Assembly: GCA_002245135.1 (NCBI GenBank)
Contig: NGBS01000012.1
Location: 1-64,000, forward strand
From: Proteromonas lacertae
Taxonomy: Eukaryota
DNA length: 64,000 nucleotides
Direction of reading: 5' to 3'
The notes below the pieces were generated by a model. It made no database searches. It was not told the origin of the DNA and saw only the letters and a program-made list of their open reading frames with translations. This document shows positions 40,001 to 53,464 of the stretch, one piece after another; position 1 is the first letter of the stretch, and the number at the start of each line of letters is the position of its first letter. Both the position numbers and the translations under genes were made by a program.

Positions 40001-41135
40001 TGGTTTTCCAGCAAAGATATTACCAAGAGCTGGTTCTAATGATAATTGGGGAAAACAAACGTTATATTGTTCATTTACTGGTGGTGTATTTAAGAATATT
40101 AATGGTGAAGAATATCCTAAAATGGATCAGATTAAGTTTGATCAAGGTAATGCAACTGTTGAAGCAATTCATCAAGCTTTTCAAGATGGTTATTGGTTTT
40201 ATGATCCAGGTTTTAGTCAAAAGCATCTTGAGAAATGTTTATTTGCTGCTAGAAACTTTGAAAGTAGTGGTACTAAACAAGATGGATATGAAAGATTCTT
40301 CAATGTTGGTAGTTATGGTGATAAGGAATTATTAGTTACAGATTTAGCAGTAGAAGGACTTTATGAACAAGGAATGGTTGAATATATTCCTTATAGATCA
40401 GTACATTCAGTATTTTGGGATAATAATTGGTTAAAATGGAATCCTGAGGATGGTGCTGCTGATGGAATGGGTTCTGGACCAGCAGATTCAATTACCTATC
40501 TTTACCAACCAAATGGATTATATCAAGTATTATCCAAAACTCAAAGTGGTAAAGATGCAATAGGAATGAGAGGTTCTGAAGATTTTGTTACTTATCATGG
40601 TGATACTGAAGGAATAAATCCAAAGAAATGTTTTAATAATGCGACATTGGTACAAGGTAATTCAGAAGTAGAAGGTTATCAATTCCCATATAATACAATC
40701 TTTGAAAAAGGTAGTAAAAAGAATAGAATTAATATTGCATCAAGAATGTGTCAAAGAGAAGCATTATCCCATGCTCAATGTGCTTACTTCGTGTCTGTTG
40801 TTATGGTCCAATGGGGAACTAATTTAATTTCTAAAACAAGATTGAATAGTTTATACAACCAAGGAATGAAAAATTATGCTATGAATTTTGGTTTTATCTT
40901 TGAAACTTGGTTAGCTATGATGTTGTGTTATGTTCCACCATTTTGTACTGCTTTTGGTACAAGACCTTTGAGAATTACTCACTGGTGCTGTGCTTTCCCT
41001 TGGTTTATTGGGTTAGTTTGTCTAGATGAATGCAGAAAATACATTATGAGAAAGAAAGTTGTTATGTATGCAGATAAAGCAACAAAGCAAGTGTTTAGAG
41101 AACCGTGCTGGTTAGAAAGAAATACATACTATTAA
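37046..41135 (+). CDS. P2C Na+/K+-type P-ATPase alpha subunit, copy 2 (start may lie further upstream)
   Basis: Same P2C motifs; KKSIVYTLTSNIPE; C-terminal RNTYY; intron 37532-37573. Intron-like segments upstream of 37046 make the exact start uncertain. Confidence 0.95.
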
Positions 41136-41293
41136 ATTGTGAAATGACCAATCTTCATTATATTATTGTTCTTTATAAGAGTTTTATTCTCAATTAACGT
41201 ATAAGGATGATAGTCATAAGTTTTTTGGGGGGTTTCTGTTTGAAAATGAATTATTATAAGATATAAGTTTGAATTCTGATTTGATCAGAAAAA

Positions 41294-43062
41294 ATGTGTT
41301 TCAAATTTATCTCTCTATTTTGTATATTTACACTCGCTTTTTGTGTAAAATCTGATGAATTTCGATTAGCTACTGCGATTGGAGATCATATGGTTTTACA
41401 AGTATGTCATTTTTTTATAATCTTACTTATTAGAGAGCGCCTGAAAAATCAGCTTTATGGGGATATTCAACACCTTCAGATGAAGTGACTGCCCACTTTA
41501 ACGGAGGAAATTATTCTTCTAAAGCAAATGAAGTAGATGGGTATAAAATTTGATAAGATATATTCAAAAATAGAAGATGGAAAGTGTTATTACCTCCCAC
41601 TGAAGCTAGCTATACTTCTTATACAATAACAGTAACTTCAAAACAACATGATAATGTTTTAACCATAAAGGATGTATTATTTGGAGACGTATGGTTTTGT
41701 TCAGGTCAATCTAATATGGAAATGACAGTCAAGCAAACCAATAATGGTAGTTACTTTATTCAAGATTCTGTGAATTATCCTTACATAAGAGTAAGATCAG
41801 TAAGTGAAACTTGGTTAGAAACACCAATTGATGATTTGAATATATCATTATACAGACAAAATTGGATGGTAAATGGTCCAGATGCAATAGGTGGTGAACA
41901 ATGGACATATTTCTCAGCTGTTTGTTATTATTATGGACTTCTATTACATAAAAGATTAAATGTATTAATATTATTTTTATTTTATTTTTTTATAATATTT
42001 TTTTCATAGATTCCAATGGGTTTATTCTCATCTCCCTATGAAGGAACATTAATAGAACCATGGACACCTCCAGAAGCTTTAGATCAAGTATATTTCTAAT
42101 ATAATAGTAATAAATAGTGTAGTGAAGTACAAAAATCAAAACCACCACAACCTCCAAATTACCATCCATCATCATTATATAATGCTCAAATACATCCATT
42201 TCTCAATATGACAATAAAAGGAATGATTTGGGTTCAAGGTGAAGCAAATGTTGCATATAATCCTGGTAATAGACAGAATAAAGCTGGATATGCTTGTATA
42301 TTCCCTCAAATGATAAAATATTTAAGAAAATATTGGTCTGAAGTACCAGATACAACTAATTCATTATTTCCATTTGGTTTTGTAACTTTAACAGGATATA
42401 GCAATAATGGTATTTCTTATGGCCAAGAATGTAATTTGGCAGCTTTAAGATTCTCTCAAAGAGCAGAATACCCTTATACTCCTAATCCTGATTTACCAAA
42501 CACATTCTCAATTGATTCAATTGATTTAATGGATTCTTTAGAACCAGGAAACCCTTATGGACCAGTTCACTGGAGATTTAAATATGAAACATCTGTTCGA
42601 TTATCTAATTTAGCGCTTGAAAAAGTGTATGGGCTGAATGATTTACCAAACGCAATTCCAGTATATGCAGGATGTGAAATAATCGATAATTCGATATTAT
42701 CTGTAAAGATAAATAAAACTTTAATAAAAACAGAAAAGATACTAATAAAAAATGCATTTGGATTTGATGTTTATAATAATGAAACCAAGAAATGGATTCA
42801 AGTTCCAATTGTGAACAATACATCAATCATTGACGATTATTCAATAAAAATCAATATATCTAGTGTTGGATCTAATAGAGTAAGTAGAATTAGATATAAT
42901 TGGTATGAAAATCCATGTTGTCCTTCGGTTTACAGTAAGACAGGTCCTTATCGTTGCTATTTACGAGAATGTGCAGTGTATTCTTCCAAATCTGAACTTC
43001 CTTTACCGTTCTTCAGATCAAATATTACTAATTCTAGATGTATTTTGGAAGAAACCTTCTAA
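41294..43062 (+). CDS. Secreted sialate O-acetylesterase (SASA/SGNH family)
   Basis: Signal peptide; GDHMVLQ|RAP; DVLFGDVWFCSGQSNM; FSAVCYYYG; IWVQGEAN; PYGPVHWR. Four short introns. Confidence 0.9.
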
Positions 43063-43301
43063 ATAGATTATATTGAAGTAATTGCTCATTATGAATATGT
43101 TTTGGCTTGCTTTTAACTTCATTAATATCGATTATGCTATCTGACGTGTATAAGTGCGCCCACCTCATTGGAATCAAAATCAAAAATTAGAGCTATTTGC
43201 AAAAATTATTTTTCGATTATATTTTTGTTTTGTTGAAAAAATGAAAATGGTTTCTAGAAAAAATTTAATTGGGTCATCAAAAATTATTCTTACATTTTCT
43301 A

Positions 43302-44511
43302 ATGCAAGTTATTGTTTACATCTATATCGTTGTAATCTTTGTAGTGGGAATATTAGGTTCTTATTTACCTTATCTTGTACTTCGATCAGGTAAGACTCCA
43401 TCTAAGTTTCAGGTATATAATAATTGCTTAATCTTCTATAGTCTGCATTCTTAAAATATGCAAACTGTTTTTCAGGAGGTGTTCTACTCGCTGCAGGATT
43501 AGCGCATATGGTTCCTGAACGTATAGTGATTTAGTTATTCTTTGTTTAGAAACGGAGGATGCCGAAGTTCTTGGATTAGAAGGACCTACAGCACAAATAT
43601 TCATACTAATCGGTTTGCTATTTCTTCTTTTCTGTGAATATTCAGGTTTTGTAACCTTTGCTATGGAGCACCTTAGAGATAAACATTGCCCCGAAGATGT
43701 TGAAATGGTAGAAACAGGAAAATTAGAGTATTACTCATCATTTTTATTCAATAGTTCAAAAAATGAGATTCTAATTGAAGAAGCAGGAGTTATCAAAGAC
43801 GATGTTGAAGAAAATGTAGAAAGATTACCCTCAGAGATAGTAACAACTATGAAAAGTGCCTGTTGTGCATATAACAAACAATATGGAGACAAACCAACAG
43901 CATGTATTGTCTGTCAACCACATCCAGAAGGAGAGGAGAAAGATGGTATAATCAAGAGTTGTCATACTCATCTGTTATATCATGCAGTACTTAGATTTGA
44001 CCATGAACTTCATCATAAGCATGAGCATCCAGAAGGAGACCATCATAGTGCAATTATTGGTAAATCTTTACCAGTAATTATGATATTGGTTCTATCAATT
44101 CATTCAATTTTAGAAGGATTAAGTTTAGGTGCTGTTAGTAGCGCTACTTCAATGACTTCTACATTTATTGCTATTGTTGCTCATAAAGGATTTGCTGGTT
44201 ATGCAATGGGAGCTGTTTGTAGAAAATCTACTATGTCTGCTTTGAGTGTACTTCCTGGTTTCTTAACATTTAGTTTAATGTCTCCTATTGGTGCTATTAT
44301 TGGAGCTTTAGTGTCCAATGCTATGGATGGAAATGCGCAAACATGGTTTGCATGCGTATTCAAAGGTATTGCTGCTGGTACTTTTCTTTATGTTGGTTTA
44401 ATTGAAGTAATCATTCATGAATTACATGAAGAGAATGAAAACAACTTGATGAAACTTCTTTTCATATTTATTGGTACTGCAGCTATGGCTGTCTTGGGTT
44501 ATTATGTGTAA
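43302..44511 (+). CDS. ZIP-family zinc/iron permease
   Basis: NCFSGGVLLAAGLAHMVPE, His-rich loop, LSIHSILEGLSLG, AIVAHKGF, GIAAGTFLYV. Introns 43413-43441 and 43521-43549, probably also 43728-43754. Confidence 0.93.
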
Positions 44512-44697
44512 AGCATATTATCTAATTTATCGATATAATTGGCTATATATAAGTGCTATTTGTTAATGTTGTTTTGTGTTGAGATATAAATTATTGTTTA
44601 TAATGAAAATCGTTAAATAATTGTCACATCAAATGAATGATGTTTTTTGTTCAAACATTTTTGTTTTTGTTTTATAATTCTTTTATCTTGTTAATTC

Positions 44698-47600
44698 ATG
44701 TATATTATCACTTGGATTAACCAATTTTCGTGTTTGTTCGCTAAATCATTCAAGATATTCTACAGAAAATGGACTAGTTCTATATACTTCCTAATCTTCC
44801 CAATCCTTTCAACAGTTGTCACATATTTGATAACAACTATTGGGTATACCTAATATTATCATTTTAGCTCTACTACTCTTCAACCGAAGCTAGTTAAAGC
44901 TGATTTCTATAATTGTAACATTTATAACGCAATAAACTTGAAAACAGGTCGTATATATTTCATTTTATACTTCTAGAATATTGTAATTTTGTTGGACTCT
45001 TTTATAATGAAGATCATAAATTCGATGGACTTGTCAATTATACATCCTCTTATATGAATAAGAATGAAATTTCAAATACAATATTTGAGAATAAAACAAC
45101 AGCATTAGAATACCTTTTCAATAATCCAGGAAAGTTAAGGAATTTAGTTGAATTTATAAGCAATACCAAATATAATTTATATTATAATGATACAACAAAT
45201 ATAGGAGATGCTTTTAACCATGTAGAAGAGGGATATGAAAGAAATGGTGTTAGTTCTATCACACTTAAGTTGACTGTATTTATTATTGTTTATTATTATC
45301 TATTTTAGGCGACAATAGATAGTGCAATAATGTCTTATTCTTCAGGAAAGGAAATTTCAATTAATCCATCATTAATGAAGATGAATTCATTTACTGACAG
45401 CAATGATGATAGCGCATATTCGAAAGACTATACAATATACGTAATGGCTTGTGGTTTGGTACTTTGTTGTGGAATGATATTAAATTTATCAGTTTATATG
45501 AATTATATTTTGTATGAAAAAGAGAATGAATTATTAAAAACATTGAGAATGATTGGTTTATATGAAAGCGCTTATTGGATCTCATATTTTATATTATCTG
45601 TTATTTTATCTGCATTAATTGCTCTTATTACAATTGCTTTAGGTTTTATATGTAATATGGATGTGTTTAAATATGTTGATTTTAGTGTTTTATTTATTAC
45701 ATATTTCTTAACAATGTTGATGTTCTTTTCATATGGTTCATTCTTTTGTAGTTTTATTAATAAGTCTTCTAGATTGAATTTTGTCTTGTATATTTATACT
45801 ATAATATAAAACATTTATAGAATTGGATTATTGATCTTTACAGTTTCATTTAATGCAGGAGCTTATGGGTTTTTTACCATGTTGTATTTATATATTATAA
45901 TATTTATATATATAGTTATAATGGTAACTTTGGTTTAAAAATCGTACTTGTCATATTCCCATCATATCATTATATAACTCTCATTTATAATTTTATGACA
46001 GTTATTCATTCAGGAGGTAGTGCAAAGTCGTTAAATCAATTTCATTGGTCAGATTTAGGACTACAAGAATTCAAAAAAGTAGAGTTAGTAGTAAGTTCTG
46101 ATATATTGTTATTTGAATTTCTAATTTCATTGATTCTTTTAGTGTTTACTTGGTATATTAGTCAATCATTGGATAATTCTCAAGGTGCAAGAAAAGGATT
46201 ATTCTTTATGTTTAAAAGATCATATTGGGATAGAAATGCTAATAATAATCAACAAGTGAATGAAGGTGACACATTAGCTAAGTTACAGAAACAATCAAAT
46301 GATGAAAGAAGTATAATCATTCACAAACTGTCAAAATCATTTGGAACAGTTAGAGCTTTGAAAGAAGTAAGTCAAGTATTTGAAAATGGAAAATGTACAG
46401 CTTTGCTAGGGCAAAATGGAAGTGGAAAAACAACATTAATCTCAATCTTATCAGGTCAATTGAACCTCACATTTGGTAATTCATTTATCAATAGTTGTGA
46501 TATTAGAACTCAAGTTAGTCAGATTCAAAGTATGATTGGAATTTGTCCACAATTTGATCGATTATGGGATGTATTAACAGCTGAAGAACATATTAGATTG
46601 ATGTGTATATTTCATAGAATACCTCTAAATGAACTTACATTTACATCATCAAAAATACTAAGTGATGTAAACTTATCAAATGAAAGAAATCATTATGCAA
46701 CAACATTTAGTGGTGGAATGAAAAGAAGATTGTCATTAGGTTTAGCATTAGTTGGTAATCCATCAATAATATTCTTAGATGAACCAACAACTGGAATGGA
46801 TCCAGTAAGTAGAAGAATGATATGGGATTTAATTGAAAGAACAAAGAATAATAAGATTATATTATTGACTACTCACTCAATGGAAGAAGCTGATGTTTTG
46901 GGAGATAAAATCTGTGTATTGAGTGATGGAAGAGTTAGAGCAAGTGGAACTCCGTTATATTTGAAGAATCATTTTGGTAGTGGTTATTTGATTAGAATTA
47001 CTTGCAGTAAAGAATATGTGAAAGAGTTGAATGTAATAGTGAAAAGACATTTTGTTGGTGCAAGTGTAGTATATGACAAAATGGGAACTTTAGAAATATC
47101 AATTCCAACTAATTTGCTATTACATTTATCAGATTTTCTCAAAGACTTAAATGAAACATATAAAGACATTAAAGAATGGGGTATTAGTAGTACAACATTG
47201 GAAGATGTATTTATGAAATTAATTTCAAAAGATAAGTCAATTAATGAAGAAGGAAATAAAGAGAATAAAGAAATGGTTTGTCCATTATGTAATAGACATC
47301 AACCTGATTTTGTCACATTATTTACATCTAATGGTATTGGTGTTGGTGTAGCTGATTTAGTATGTCAATATTGCGCTGAAGGTAGAAGTATTGAAGTAGG
47401 TGGTGATGGTAATGGAGTTCCAGATCAAGATATAAACAATAAAAAGAATGAAGAAGATTTAACAAACCAAAAATCAACTTCTCATAAAGCAATGAATATA
47501 ACTAATTCAGTGGTTAAACAATCACATATCACTTGTACATCTCAAGTAGCTGCAATTCTATATAAGAATATTCATATTCAATTTAAATCAAAGAAAAGTA

Positions 47601-50398
47601 ATTGTTGTGTTATTTTTGTATTTTTGATTCTTGTATTAGTATCTGCTTTAGTTGGAGCAAAGAAGAATAACGAAACAAGTTGTATTGGAAGAGTATATAT
47701 TTACTTTGTTATATTTTTTTATATATAGGGTCATAGCTATTACTGTTATCTTGATGAGTTTATAAATGAATTTGATAGAGTCAGTTCATGTTCCAGCCAC
47801 AAATACAACACTTATTATGGTAAATACGAATATCAATGGAGTAAAATAAAAGAAGCTTTGAGGTATTGTTTATATGATTATATATATATATATATATATA
47901 GTGCTAGTTCTGGCTATCCTAATTATACTGAGTGTTATGACAATAATGCAGTTAAGATATTAATAGATACATCTGCTGTAAAAGATAGTATTGATTCATG
48001 GAATTTCAGTGGTATTGTTGATGATAATTTAGATGGAGAATATACTGATACAGAATATAAAGTTGATTTTAAATATTCCAATGATGTTTTAGGAGATAAT
48101 ATAGTTGGAATTAATGACATTAAGAGTGAAGTTAATTGTGATACAATTAACAGATTTTGTCCAATTATAACAAAACATTATACAGCTGGAGGATTAAAAT
48201 TTGAAAAAATACAACAATCATCCAATAGAATAGATTTTGATTATTCAATTTAGTATATATATTATTATAATATAATATAAATAGTCGAAAAATATCCACT
48301 CAGATGACTATAAGTTCATCTGATACAAATTGTTATAGAGGATATTCTTATGATTCAAAGTCTATATACTCTATATGTGATTCCCTGTTATACATTAATA
48401 TGATGGATAATGGTTTAGCTTCTCATTATAATGTATATTTTTTTATATATTAAATATCAATAGCTTTTAGATGATGAAGAAGATGATGATGTTATTATTG
48501 TTAATTATTTCGCATTTCCAAATTTAGATTATATTCCTTTATATGATCCTGAAGGAGGTAAATTACAATCAGTTTTCTCTATTTTAACAATGTTAATGTT
48601 AATGTCTCCAGGTTTATCAATTATAGTTGAAGAATTGAATGGAAGATTATTGCCTCAAATGAAGTTACATGGTTTGAATTTTTCAACATATGTTATTGGT
48701 AATGCCATATATTGTTTCATTTATCCATTTATAAGTTGCATATTGTTGTTGATATTGAAGTATAATAATTATATTATATATATAAATATAGTACAATTGT
48801 TGGTTCAATTGCTTATGATTCAGCGAATTATTTGTGGATGTTTTTGATATATTTCTTATGGTCTTACTGTCAAGTTTGTATTATTTTCTTCATTGCCTCA
48901 ATAATAAGAAGTAAAGCTGTTTCAAAGATCATTTGTTTGATTATATTTATTACTCCACCTGTTGTTACAAATGTGATGGAATTGTATATATATTTGTAAT
49001 ATATATATTCTTTTTAGTGAAACAGAATATCCACTTATTTTACAGTTATTACCACCATTTGCTTTTGCTCATATTGTTACTGGATTTCTTGCAGTATAAT
49101 TCTGTTTTTATTATTTCATTTTAGTATGGAAGTGATGTAATTAATGGTGATTTTCAGATTAGCCAATGTTTCTATTGGATGTTTATTATTTCCACTATTC
49201 TTTTGATAATTGGATTGATGATTATAATGATTCATGATTATTCTACAGTATATTGTCATATCAATAATATACATTTTCCACAGTTACCTACCTGTTCTAA
49301 AGAAAAAGTATATTCTGAATTAGTTGATAAAGAAGGAATTACATCAGTAGAGGTAAATGAAAGTATAGATGATGATGTAAACCAATTGAATGATTCTGTG
49401 ATGAAAGGAGTAGAAAAGGATGATTTGATCTATATAAAGAATTTGAAGAAAATATTTAAATCAAGAGGAAGTACAAAAACTGCAGTTAAAGATTTATGTT
49501 TAAAAGTAAAAGAAAATGAAATATTTGGCTTGTTAGGACCAAATGGAGCTGGTAAAACAACATCATTAGAAATATTATGGTATATTTGTTGTTTTTATAT
49601 CTTTATAGTGGTTTACAGCAAAGAACTTCAGGTGAAATAATGATAGATAATCATTTAGTAAATGGAATTAGTGATGTAAGAGAATTAGTTGGTGTTTGTA
49701 CTCAATTTGATGTATTATGGAATGATTTAACAATAAAAGAACATTTAGAGTTTTACAGTTTATTAAAAGGAGTATCATTGAAAATGATAAAATCTGTAAT
49801 AACAAGTGCAGCTGAATCATTAAATCTTGATGGTGATGTTTTTTATTTATGTCCTGGTGCTTTAAGTGGTGGAAATAAAAGAAGATTGTCTTTAGCAATA
49901 TCACTATTAGGAAATCCAAAATTGATATTGTTAGATGAACCAACAACAGGATTAGATCCAGAGAATCGTCGATTTATATGGGATGTTATAAAAGATATAA
50001 AAGAGAGTGGAATATCAATTGTATTAACAACTCATTCAATGGAAGAAGCTGATGCATTATGCAGTGAAATAGGAATTATGGTAAATGGAAGTTTACAATG
50101 TATTGGAACTCATCAGCATTTGAAAAACAAATATGGAAGTGGATATAAACTGAAAGTCTTATCTCCTAATGAAGAATGGGATAAAGTTGATAATATTATT
50201 ATGAAGAATGTATGTCCAACAGCAGCAGTTGTTAGAACTTCAGGTAAAACAAGAACTTATCAATTGAATTGTGAGAATAATGATATTACTAGTGTATTTG
50301 AAAAATTGCATGAAGTGAAAGATGATGCAATAAGAGAATGGAGTATGAATCAATCTTCTTTGGAAGAAGTGTTTATTAAATTGTGTCAAGAAGAATAA
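44698..50398 (+). CDS. Full-size ABCA-subfamily transporter
   Basis: Two NBDs (GQNGSGKTT / FSGGMKRRL / LDEPTTG / TTHSMEEAD and GPNGAGKTT / LSGGNKRRL), YEKE...LRMIGL, TLEDVF and SLEEVF. Many short introns; the internal exon structure was not fully verified. Confidence 0.93.
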
Positions 50399-50483
50399 AA
50401 TATTATATTGTTGTTTTTAAATAATTGTTTGTAAATATATAAAAACAAATGATTGAAAAATAAATAAAAAATATACATAATAA

Positions 50484-52068
50484 TTACACATCCAATTCAC
50501 CATTATCATTACCTATTTGCCTTGGACTTACTGAACCAACAAATAATGAACTATTTTCTAATCAATTATATATATTATAACATACTATATTCATTTCTTG
50601 TACTAGCAGCATTATTAGAACTATTATAATGATCTATTACTACTGCACTATTTACATGTCTCTCCCTCTGACTATTACAACTCATTAAAGTATCATTACT
50701 CTCATCTGCACTTATTGTATGTACAATATGACTATGATGGCTATTATTATTATTATTACTATTACTATTATTATGAGTGTGGTAGTTACTACGATTTATA
50801 GGTAAATTATTCGTATTATTATTATCAGGAGGTATAGTAGAATAAACTCCAACACCACCTCCAACGATATTATAATTGTTGCTATTATTATTATAAATAT
50901 TAGTTGGTAAATTCAAATTATTCACTACTCTCCTCTGAGATAATGAAGTAACAGAACTTAATCTTGATTTAACAGGAGTATTATTATTATTATTATTATT
51001 AGCATTGTTAATAGTAGTTTTTGGGGTATTAAATATGACTAATGAAGTGGATGATTGAATTGATTTACTAGGAGGATATGTTGATGTAGTTGATGATACT
51101 GAATTCAGTCTACTTTCACTATATTGATTACCAACATTGTGATAAACTCTCTTACGAAATGATGGATCGTATAGGCTGTAAAATTGGATTAATAATTGCT
51201 GGAATCTTTTATTTGCAGTGCTTGGCTTGAGATTAGTGTTATCTTTATTGTTACTAAGATAAGAAAAATTGTAATAATAAGGATGTTTCAAGCCTTCGAA
51301 ATATCGATAGAATTTTTCATTGCATGATAACTTTGGATATATATTTTTACCATTGACTGATTCATACTTTAATATTATTTCAATATTATTCTTTCTATAT
51401 ATAACATCTTCCCATTTTGAAGTGGATAGTGTAAATTTCTGTAATTGAGTTTGAAACGACAATAGATATCTATATAAATATTGTTGTTCCTCTGCAAAAC
51501 ATAAATATTCAGACAGAGTGAGGTGTTTATCGTCATTTTGGTCATAATGTTCCAACATATACACTAAATATGCATTATCTGGTATGAAATTAATTCCTAA
51601 TACATTAACTACTTTTTCTACATCCTCAAACGAAATAGCATATGGTACAACATGTTCTAAACTTGCAATTGCTAAAGTAGCTAAATCACGAAAAGTCATT
51701 GTACAAATTATCAGTACAAACTGCAGAAACTGATTCCATTCCATTTCATTTGACTCTAATAATAAGATTAAATCACTATTTTATACTGTACGGCCCAAAT
51801 AACTTGTCAAGTAAGTTCGTTGGGCATGATGTTATTTTATTTACAATTGTGTGGACTAATATGTGTTGTTTACTAGTGACGTTTAAGAAATTATTATACT
51901 CAGGTGAATATTTACTAAAAATGTCTTGCAGTTCCAGTAGATCATCTTCTTGAACTAGAAAAAATAGATAATCGTGTATATACAATAGCATAGCTTCAAA
52001 AGATCTAGTGATTCTCTTTCAAGATTAAATCTGTTTAAAATGATTTCTTCTTCGGTCATAGATTGCAT
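50484..52068 (-). CDS. EF-hand-like protein with Asn/Ser-rich disordered C-terminus
   Basis: EF loop DQNDDKHLTLSE. ATG 52068 and three short introns (last 50558-50585) give a continuous frame to TAA 50484-50486. Confidence 0.65.
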
Positions 52069-52196
52069 TGTATTTATTATAGATTTTTATGACACATATA
52101 TCACTTCTAACGATAAAAAACTAAATGAAAAGTCACTTTCTTAAGCCGATTTGAGGTCGAACGGTTTGGCCACTTCTTGTCATTTCTCATTCTTAT

Positions 52197-53212
52197 ATGT
52201 TTTCAAGGCCTTTGAGCTTGTTAACAAGAAGGAGTGCAGTTTCATTCAATATTGTTCGTAATGCTCCAAAATTATTTGCACAATTTTCAACAAAACAGAA
52301 AGAAATCAATGAAATTGTAGATGCGGCGATAAATGAAAATGAATGGCAACAACAATATGATTCGCACACTGGTTTAGTGTCGTATTATAATCCTTTTACA
52401 AAACAAATCAAATTTTCTATTACTGAAGACTTTAAAAAAGCGACACTATGGCGTCGTGCAGTTGCATGTGGAATTGACTTAATATTAGCAGAAGGTATAC
52501 TCAATAATTGTGATAATAATTTGTAATAGTTGTTGCAAATGTAGCTTCAGCGATATTTTTTTATGAGATTGAAGATACAGGCTTGACACAGATACTGAAT
52601 TTATTAATTACAACATTTTGTTTTATGTGTAGAGATGCTTTTATCGAATGTGGAACTAGATCCTTCGGTAAGAAGATAATGAAATTAGAAATCGTCGGAA
52701 GAAGTGGACAACTACCCTCTAGATTCGATAATATCATTAGAAACTTCTATTATATATATTTATTAACTCCAATAATAGGATTTATTCCATTCACATTGTT
52801 AGGTTTTGTTTTAACAGCCTGTGATGCAATAATTCCAATATTTTCAAAACAAGGAAAAAGAATAAGTGATATGCTTTTTGGTACAGTTGTAATTAATGAA
52901 TTACCTGAAAGAAAAAAAAGAATAGAAAAACTAAAAGATTCATTATCTGAGCTTCGTCAAAAAGAGGAAATTGAAGCAATGTCAGCCTTATCTAAAGAGT
53001 TTAATGCGAATGTTGCCTATCAAAAGAGATTACAACAACAGAAAAGTGTTTATATCTATACAGATCAGAGCTTATTAGAAAAGATATTGTATCCTGTACC
53101 ACGTCATGCAAAAATGCAAATTACGGAGTTTGTACAGACTGGTAAGAAAGAATTGAAGGAGAAATATGGATCACCTACAAAGATTAGCGTTGATAATGAT
53201 AAAAAAGAATAG
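52197..53212 (+). CDS. RDD-family membrane protein with putative mitochondrial presequence and WW/OCRE-like segment
   Basis: N-terminus MFSRPLSLLTRRS; ATLWRRAVACGID, SFGKKIMKLEIV, KRISDMLFGTVV. Intron 52495-52529. Confidence 0.75.
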
Positions 53213-53464
53213 AAAGATTTTGATTATCTTTTTATTGCATTTTTTTCGTTTATTGATAATGTTTTTATTTAGTGTTTGTAGTTATTACTATTATTATTTG
53301 TATTTTTCATTTTTTGGTTTATGAAAATTTTCGTAAAATCACAATTATTTAAAATCGTTTTATCTCATTTTTGATTTTATTTTTATAAATTTAATATATT
53401 AATTTACTCTATTTTTATATGATAATTGCTATTACATATATATAAGTACACAACGTTCTGATTT

